DNA of 64,000 nt from Flavobacteriales bacterium (GTDB lineage: Bacteria > Bacteroidota > Bacteroidia > Flavobacteriales_F > PHOS-HE28), in the NCBI GenBank assembly GCA_016703105.1, contig JADJCS010000007.1:143810-207809 (forward strand), read 5' to 3'. Shown one piece after another: positions 59,040 through 64,000 of the stretch; positions within the stretch are counted from its first letter, which is position 1; each line of letters begins with the position of its first letter. A program made the translations under genes and the position numbers. Below the pieces are notes generated by a model. That model saw nothing but the letters and a program-made list of their open reading frames with translations. It was not told the origin of the DNA and ran no database searches.

Positions 59040-59914
59040 CAGTATCCGTAGCGTTTCAATTTCGCGGCATCCTGGCGCCAATCAGGATCGACTTTCACAC
59101 GAAGATCGAGGAAGACCTGCACCCCGAGGAAGCGTTCGATCGCCTTGCGGGCCTCCGTACCCAACTTGCGCAAGGCGATGCCGCCGCGGCCGATCACTAT
59201 CCCCTTCTGGCTTTCGCGCATCACGATCACATCGGCCTGGATGTGGGTGATCTTCTCCTTCTCCTCGAAGCTGTTCACCACCACCTCGGTGCTATAGGGG
59301 ATCTCTTTCTGGTAATAGGCCAGGATCTTCTCCCGGATCATCTCGCTCACGAAGAAGCGCATGTTCCGATCGCTCAGTTCATCCTTCGGGAAATAGGCCG
59401 GGTGCTCCGGTAGTTGCTCGATGAGGTGTTGGCGCAACTCATCGACCCGGAACCCGTGCAGCGCGGAGATGGGCACGACCTTCGCGGCGGGCAAAGCCTT
59501 TTGCCAAAGCTCGAGGGACTCGAGCACGGCAGCCTCGTCGCCCCGGTCCATTTTGTTCACCAAGAGCAACAACGGGCCATTGAACCGCTGCGCACGCTGC
59601 AGGACATTCTCCGAGCGCTCAGGGCGTTGACCGAGTTCTACGAGCACCAGGAGGATGTCGGCGTCCTTGAGCGCACTGTCCACTGCATCCATCATGCGTT
59701 CATGCATGGGATACTGCGGGTCAAGGATCCCCGGGGTGTCACTCAGGACCAATTGGTGGTCCTCCCCATTGAGAATACCCAGGATGCGGTGACGTGTGGT
59801 CTGCGCCTTGGGATTGGTGATCACCAATTGTTCACCGAGCAGGGCGTTGAGCAGGGTGCTCTTGCCCACGTTCGGCTCACCAATGATGTTCACGTATCCG
59901 GCTTTGTGCGCCAT
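59039..59914 (-). CDS. era: GTPase Era
   Basis: G1 'GEPNVGKST', G3 'DTPG', G4 'NKMD', C-terminal KH domain. Confidence 0.9.
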   Translation of the reverse strand: MAHKAGYVNIIGEPNVGKSTLLNALLGEQLVITNPKAQTTRHRILGILNGEDHQLVLSDTPGILDPQYPMHERMMDAVDSALKDADILLVLVELGQRPERSENVLQRAQRFNGPLLLLVNKMDRGDEAAVLESLELWQKALPAAKVVPISALHGFRVDELRQHLIEQLPEHPAYFPKDELSDRNMRFFVSEMIREKILAYYQKEIPYSTEVVVNSFEEKEKITHIQADVIVMRESQKGIVIGRGGIALRKLGTEARKAIERFLGVQVFLDLRVKVDPDWRQDAAKLKRYGY

Positions 59915-59996
59915 GGGTCGATACCGCGAAGTTCGCGGTACTTGGGTCGGGGTGGTCGGGAACGCGAAGGCCCGGCTTGCACCGGGCCTTCCTTTG

Positions 59997-60069
59997 TAGC
60001 GGGGGTAGGACTCGAACCTACGGCCTTCGGGTTATGAGCCCGACGAGCTACCATCTGCTCCACCCCGCA
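59997..60069 (-). tRNA. initiator tRNA-Met (anticodon CAT)
   Basis: Cloverleaf read from the reverse complement: 7-bp acceptor stem with a 1:72 mismatch, three G-C pairs in the anticodon stem, loop CUCAUAA, TPsiC arm GGTTCGAGTCC. No CCA encoded. Confidence 0.75.
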
Positions 60070-60118
60070 CTAGGGGGGCAAATGTAGCAATGATCGGGCG
60101 CCTCTCTGGGAATAAGTT

Positions 60119-62050
60119 TCAGTTCGCCGTTTCGGCCAGGGCTTCGAGCTTGGCGGCGGCATCCTCCCATTCGGCCATGGTACTGGCGATGCGTTGCGCC
60201 AGCTCCCCGAGGCGGGCATATCCCTTGTCAACCTCGGAAGCGGCTACACCGCTCGTCATAACACGGGCCTGAAGAGCTTTCTCCTCCTGCTCCAAGGTGG
60301 CCAACTGTTTCTCCAGACGCTCCACCTGGTTCTGCAAGCGGCGCCGCTCCTTGTCGCGTTCCTTCTTCTCGTGGTAATCGTTCTTCGACCCGCTTTCCTG
60401 GCGGGCTGCCGCTTGTCGGGCACTACTGGCCCCCATGTCGGCCGTTTGCAGTGCCTTGCGCTTCTCGATCAGCTCCAGGATGTCCATGTGCTGGTCCCGG
60501 ATGCGCAGGTCATCCAATTCGAGAAGGCGATTGGTGAGGCCGGTGAGGAAATCGCGATCATGGCTCACGAGCAGGAAGGTGCCGTCGTAGTTCTTCAGGG
60601 CTTCCTTCAGCACATCCTTGCTCTGAATGTCCAAGTGGTGGGTGGGCTCATCGAGCAGCAGGAAGTTGAGCGGTCGCAACAACATGCAGCAGAGGGCCAG
60701 ACGCGCGCGCTCACCGCCGCTCAGCACTTTCACCTTCTTGTCGACATCCTCTCCGCTGAACATGAACGCACCCAGCATAGCACGCACGCGTACTCGGTTG
60801 TCCTCGCTGGCAGCATCTTCCGCCGTTTCCAACACCGTGCGCTGCGGGGTCATGCGCTCGGGCATGTCCTGGGCGTAATATCCAACGATCACGTTGTGAC
60901 CCAGACGGATCTCACCTTCATAGGGCTCCTCGCCCACGATCATGCGCACCAAGGTGCTTTTGCCGGTGCCATTGGCCCCGACCAACGCGAGGTGCTCCCC
61001 TTTGGCGATGGTCAGTTCAGCGTTCTGGAAGATCTTCTTCGGGCCGTAGGACTTGCTGACGTTCTTCACCTCCGCCACCAACTTCCCGCTGTTCGGAGCG
61101 GGAGGGAATTTCACCAACATCTTCCGTAGGTCCTCATCCTCCACCTCGATGCGGTCAAGCTTCTCCAGCTTGGTGATAAGGCTCTGCGCGAAAGCCGCCT
61201 TGCTCGCCTTCGCCCGGAATTTGTTGATGAGATCGGTGGTTTCCTTGATGTAGCGCTGTTGGTCCTTGGCCGCAGCGGATTGCTGCTCGCGCTCCACCTT
61301 GCGCAATTCCACGTATTGGGTCCAAGGCACCTTGCGATCGATGAGTTCGCCACCGGTGACCTCCAAGGTGCGTTTGGTAAGGCGGTCTAGAAAGGTCTTG
61401 TCGTGTGAGATCAGGACCAACGCGGCAGGATAGGTCCGCAGCAGGTCTTCCAACCACTGGATGGCGGGCAGATCGAGGTGGTTGGTGGGCTCGTCGAGGA
61501 GGAGCAGGTCGGGCTGCATGAGCAGGATACGTGCGAGTTCCGCCCGCATCCGCCAGCCACCGCTCAACTCTGACAGCGGGCGATGCATATCCTGCCCCAC
61601 GAAGCCGATGCCTTTCAGCATGCGCTCGATCTGCATGTCATGGTCCGCTGCGCCCAAGGCATTGAGCCGGTCATGCGCGTGGGCCAGCAAGGTGGCCAGC
61701 TCCATGGCCTCCTCGTCGGTGATGGTGCCCTCCAATTCCTTCTCGATGCGGGCCAGGGAAGCGTTCAAGGCCTGCGCCTCTTCGAACGCCTTCTCCGCGA
61801 CCTGCCAGGGTGTGAGTTTCAGGTCATGGTCCATCTGCTGTGGCAGATAGCCCATGGTGAGCTCCTTCGGCTTGCCCACCGTGCCCTTGTCGAACTGTTG
61901 CTGGCCCGCGAGGATCTTGAGCAGGGTGCTCTTACCCGCACCGTTCCGCCCCACCAAACCAATGCGGTCATCACTTCCGATGAAGAACGAAACCTCATCG
62001 AACATGGGCCGTTGGCCGAAGTGCAAGGTCAGTCTCGATACGTCGATCAT
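60119..62050 (-). CDS. ABC-F family ATPase (tandem ABC domains, no TMD)
   Basis: Two Walker A motifs ('GRNGAGKST', 'GANGTGKST'), two signature 'LSGG' motifs, charged inter-domain linker and C-terminal coiled coil. Confidence 0.9.
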   Translation of the reverse strand: MIDVSRLTLHFGQRPMFDEVSFFIGSDDRIGLVGRNGAGKSTLLKILAGQQQFDKGTVGKPKELTMGYLPQQMDHDLKLTPWQVAEKAFEEAQALNASLARIEKELEGTITDEEAMELATLLAHAHDRLNALGAADHDMQIERMLKGIGFVGQDMHRPLSELSGGWRMRAELARILLMQPDLLLLDEPTNHLDLPAIQWLEDLLRTYPAALVLISHDKTFLDRLTKRTLEVTGGELIDRKVPWTQYVELRKVEREQQSAAAKDQQRYIKETTDLINKFRAKASKAAFAQSLITKLEKLDRIEVEDEDLRKMLVKFPPAPNSGKLVAEVKNVSKSYGPKKIFQNAELTIAKGEHLALVGANGTGKSTLVRMIVGEEPYEGEIRLGHNVIVGYYAQDMPERMTPQRTVLETAEDAASEDNRVRVRAMLGAFMFSGEDVDKKVKVLSGGERARLALCCMLLRPLNFLLLDEPTHHLDIQSKDVLKEALKNYDGTFLLVSHDRDFLTGLTNRLLELDDLRIRDQHMDILELIEKRKALQTADMGASSARQAAARQESGSKNDYHEKKERDKERRRLQNQVERLEKQLATLEQEEKALQARVMTSGVAASEVDKGYARLGELAQRIASTMAEWEDAAAKLEALAETAN

Positions 62051-62162
62051 CGCGGTGCTCTAGCCCCCGAGCTCGGCCGGTGAAGTATGCCTGCTGGAGA
62101 AAGGGGCGCAAAAGTAGCGAAGCCCCGGGATCCGGGGCTTCGTAAGGCTCATAGGGGAAAGA

Positions 62163-63029
62163 TCAGAAGTTCCAGAGATCGTGCTCGAACTCAAAGAGGG
62201 ATTGCTTGATCTCCTCCCCTTCAAGCAGCGCATCAAGACCGGTCCGGTACACCCCGATCTTCCGATCGTACACGTTGCTCCACTTTGTAATGGTGCTCGA
62301 GAACTGGCGCTTCCAGAAGATATCCTCGAAACTGCGCCGTTCCGCATCGTTCTCCCGGTTGAAGACCTCCCAGTTGGCGAAGACATACCTGCACTCTGGG
62401 AAGTACAGCCAGAATAGGGTTTGGAATCCCTTGGATTCACCATCCTGTCCCTTCTTTTCGATCATCGGCGCAATGCCAATGATCCGGATATCGATCTTGC
62501 TGCGTTGCTTATCGAAGATCCAATCCTCCTTGATCCTGTACCGTTTGACATCCGAGGATTCCAGAGATATCTCTTGAATCACCTGCTGCATATCACCAGG
62601 GTTGTCCGGATCCTCGGTGTACGAAGTGTCCAAACGCATGAACATGGTCTTCAGATCGGATGGAAGTAAGGGTGTCTTGAATTCGTCCTCTTCGACCAAG
62701 TCCCCGGCATAGTACGCTGTGATACTTCCGTCGGTGAGCAGTCCCTGACGGATCACATCGAACAGACTCTTTCGATCGCTGATAGGGGTGATCGGATAAT
62801 ACAGCGGATGGTTGATCTTCTCGCGCATATCGATCTCCCGCCAAACACGTCGAGCGTACATGACATCCGCTTCACGAATGTGGGTATAAGGGACTACCCG
62901 TTTTGTCTTCGTATGCTCCTTTATGTACGCACCGTCCAAGACCGTTTGGGCTTGCACTGGAGCCATGACCATCACAAAGATCACGATCGGACCAAGTATC
63001 CGAATTGCGCTGGGCTGGTGCTTCTTCAT
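62163..63029 (-). CDS. gldN: gliding-motility protein GldN
   Basis: Signal peptide; ~290 aa; similarity to GldN; immediately downstream of gldM. Confidence 0.8.
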   Translation of the reverse strand: MKKHQPSAIRILGPIVIFVMVMAPVQAQTVLDGAYIKEHTKTKRVVPYTHIREADVMYARRVWREIDMREKINHPLYYPITPISDRKSLFDVIRQGLLTDGSITAYYAGDLVEEDEFKTPLLPSDLKTMFMRLDTSYTEDPDNPGDMQQVIQEISLESSDVKRYRIKEDWIFDKQRSKIDIRIIGIAPMIEKKGQDGESKGFQTLFWLYFPECRYVFANWEVFNRENDAERRSFEDIFWKRQFSSTITKWSNVYDRKIGVYRTGLDALLEGEEIKQSLFEFEHDLWNF

Positions 63030-63044
63030 GGCTTCTAGGATTGA

Positions 63045-64000
63045 TCAGGTGACCTTCAAAGACAGCGATCCGATGCTGGTGATGGTACCATCCGGCTTCT
63101 TCACCTTGATGTTATCGATGTACACCTTCGCACCGGCCTTTACTTTCTTGAGCATGTCCTTTTGTTCCTGAGAGACCTTATTGCCCTTTGCGGACTTCTC
63201 GGCGTAAGTCCCCCCCATCGTCACACCAATGTTGAATTCGATCACCTCGAACTTCAGATCGAACTCAAAGCCTTCCATCTTCGCGATCACGCCGAGCGCG
63301 GCAGTTAGTTCAGATGCTTTGATCGTCGCATCACTCACTCCCTTCCCTCCGAACTGCGGTGTCGGGTTCGGTACGGACTTCACCCGGAATTTAACACCCG
63401 GCATGCTCTTGCGTTGGCCCCCAGGCATCTCCACGCTTACGCTCACAGTAGCTTCAGTGCCTTTGCCCGGCTTCACGATATAGCCCTGGGCCCCTTTGGT
63501 GATACTACCGTTGTCAATGCTGGGCTGGATCTTGTCCGCCGAGAATCCGGGAACGCTCACATCCACCGGGTTGTCGATGCCGCGGTAGAACACGTTCATC
63601 TTGGTAGGGCTGACCACAAGGTTGGGCTGCGCCACCTCGTAGTTCGCATAGAACGGATAACGCCGCTCCTCCTGTCCCGCCTGCTTGAACTTGATGATAC
63701 CCTTCCATTCCTTGGCACCCACGCCCTGGCCGGGGAGGCGCAGTTTTCCTTTGCCATCGGCTCCGATGGGAACAACTTCCTTATCGCCGATCACCTCCAT
63801 TTTCACCGTGTCGATGGTGCCGTTCTTCGACAACTCGACCACCGGATGGTTGAGCGGGTCGTATCCAGCCAGGTACACATCGGCCCGGAACGAATCGCCG
63901 ACCGTGATGTAATTGCTCACCGGCAGAACGACCGGTGCCAGCTCGGAGAATTTCATTGCAGCTCCTTCCACATCGCCCATGAGGAAACCCACGCATTCGT
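63045..64000 (-). CDS. gldM: gliding-motility protein GldM (3' portion; gene continues past window end)
   Basis: C-terminal ~315 aa of a GldM-like protein; ORF open to the window edge. Confidence 0.75.
   Translation of the reverse strand, partial: ECVGFLMGDVEGAAMKFSELAPVVLPVSNYITVGDSFRADVYLAGYDPLNHPVVELSKNGTIDTVKMEVIGDKEVVPIGADGKGKLRLPGQGVGAKEWKGIIKFKQAGQEERRYPFYANYEVAQPNLVVSPTKMNVFYRGIDNPVDVSVPGFSADKIQPSIDNGSITKGAQGYIVKPGKGTEATVSVSVEMPGGQRKSMPGVKFRVKSVPNPTPQFGGKGVSDATIKASELTAALGVIAKMEGFEFDLKFEVIEFNIGVTMGGTYAEKSAKGNKVSQEQKDMLKKVKAGAKVYIDNIKVKKPDGTITSIGSLSLKVT

Overview
High-GC (~65%) Bacteroidota-like chromosomal window: gliding-motility genes gldE/gldD and gldN/gldM(partial), several T9SS C-terminal-sorted secreted proteins, and TonB-dependent receptors place it there. 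All calls rest on my own reading of the translations; no database search was run. The ORF track writes GTG/TTG starts as 'M', so several ORF 5' ends are over-extended and I trimmed starts to conserved N-termini where I could.

Content by block:
1. 0.2-13.4 kb: a sulfide/persulfide detoxification cluster. Divergent SQR and persulfide-dioxygenase-rhodanese fusion; DsrE-like protein; four stand-alone rhodaneses, two of them near-identical paralogues; an MFS-transporter::rhodanese fusion; DUF2892 protein; thioredoxin; 1-Cys peroxiredoxin; Crp/Fnr regulator; acetolactate-decarboxylase homologue.
2. 13.4-21.4 kb: housekeeping genes (fumC, prfB with no programmed frameshift, recX) plus an LRR T9SS protein, a dockerin-like secreted protein and a LuxR-type response regulator.
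3. 21.5-31.8 kb: an accessory defence island. It holds a Type I R-M operon in the unusual order hsdR-hsdS-[three unknown ORFs]-hsdM, with hsdR frameshifted near its C-terminus. Next to it are a low-GC orphan gene, a 378-bp array of 21-bp palindromic tandem repeats with a 105-bp higher-order period, an FN3-domain protein and a GNAT-like gene.
4. 31.9-34.6 kb: a T9SS Ycf48/BNR-like protein and an IS110-family insertion whose transposase tail is frameshifted.
5. 34.6-45 kb: rng, HU, mutY, ssb, gldE, gldD, ctaA, an HMA lipoprotein, an EamA transporter and a T9SS protein.
6. 45-55 kb: a run of frame-disrupted genes. GT2 with an in-frame TAG; GT39/ArnT-like with one frameshift; PLP Cys/Met enzyme with two frameshifts; a tandem TonB-receptor pair with one intact and one carrying at least four frameshifts; a PepSY-TM gene between them. 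Nearly all indels sit in C/G homopolymers.
7. 55.5-64 kb: a large secreted hypothetical, der, era, initiator tRNA-Met, ABC-F ATPase, gldN, gldM.

The most promising candidate for an undescribed system is the three-gene cargo embedded inside the Type I R-M operon, together with its flanking orphan gene and repeat array.
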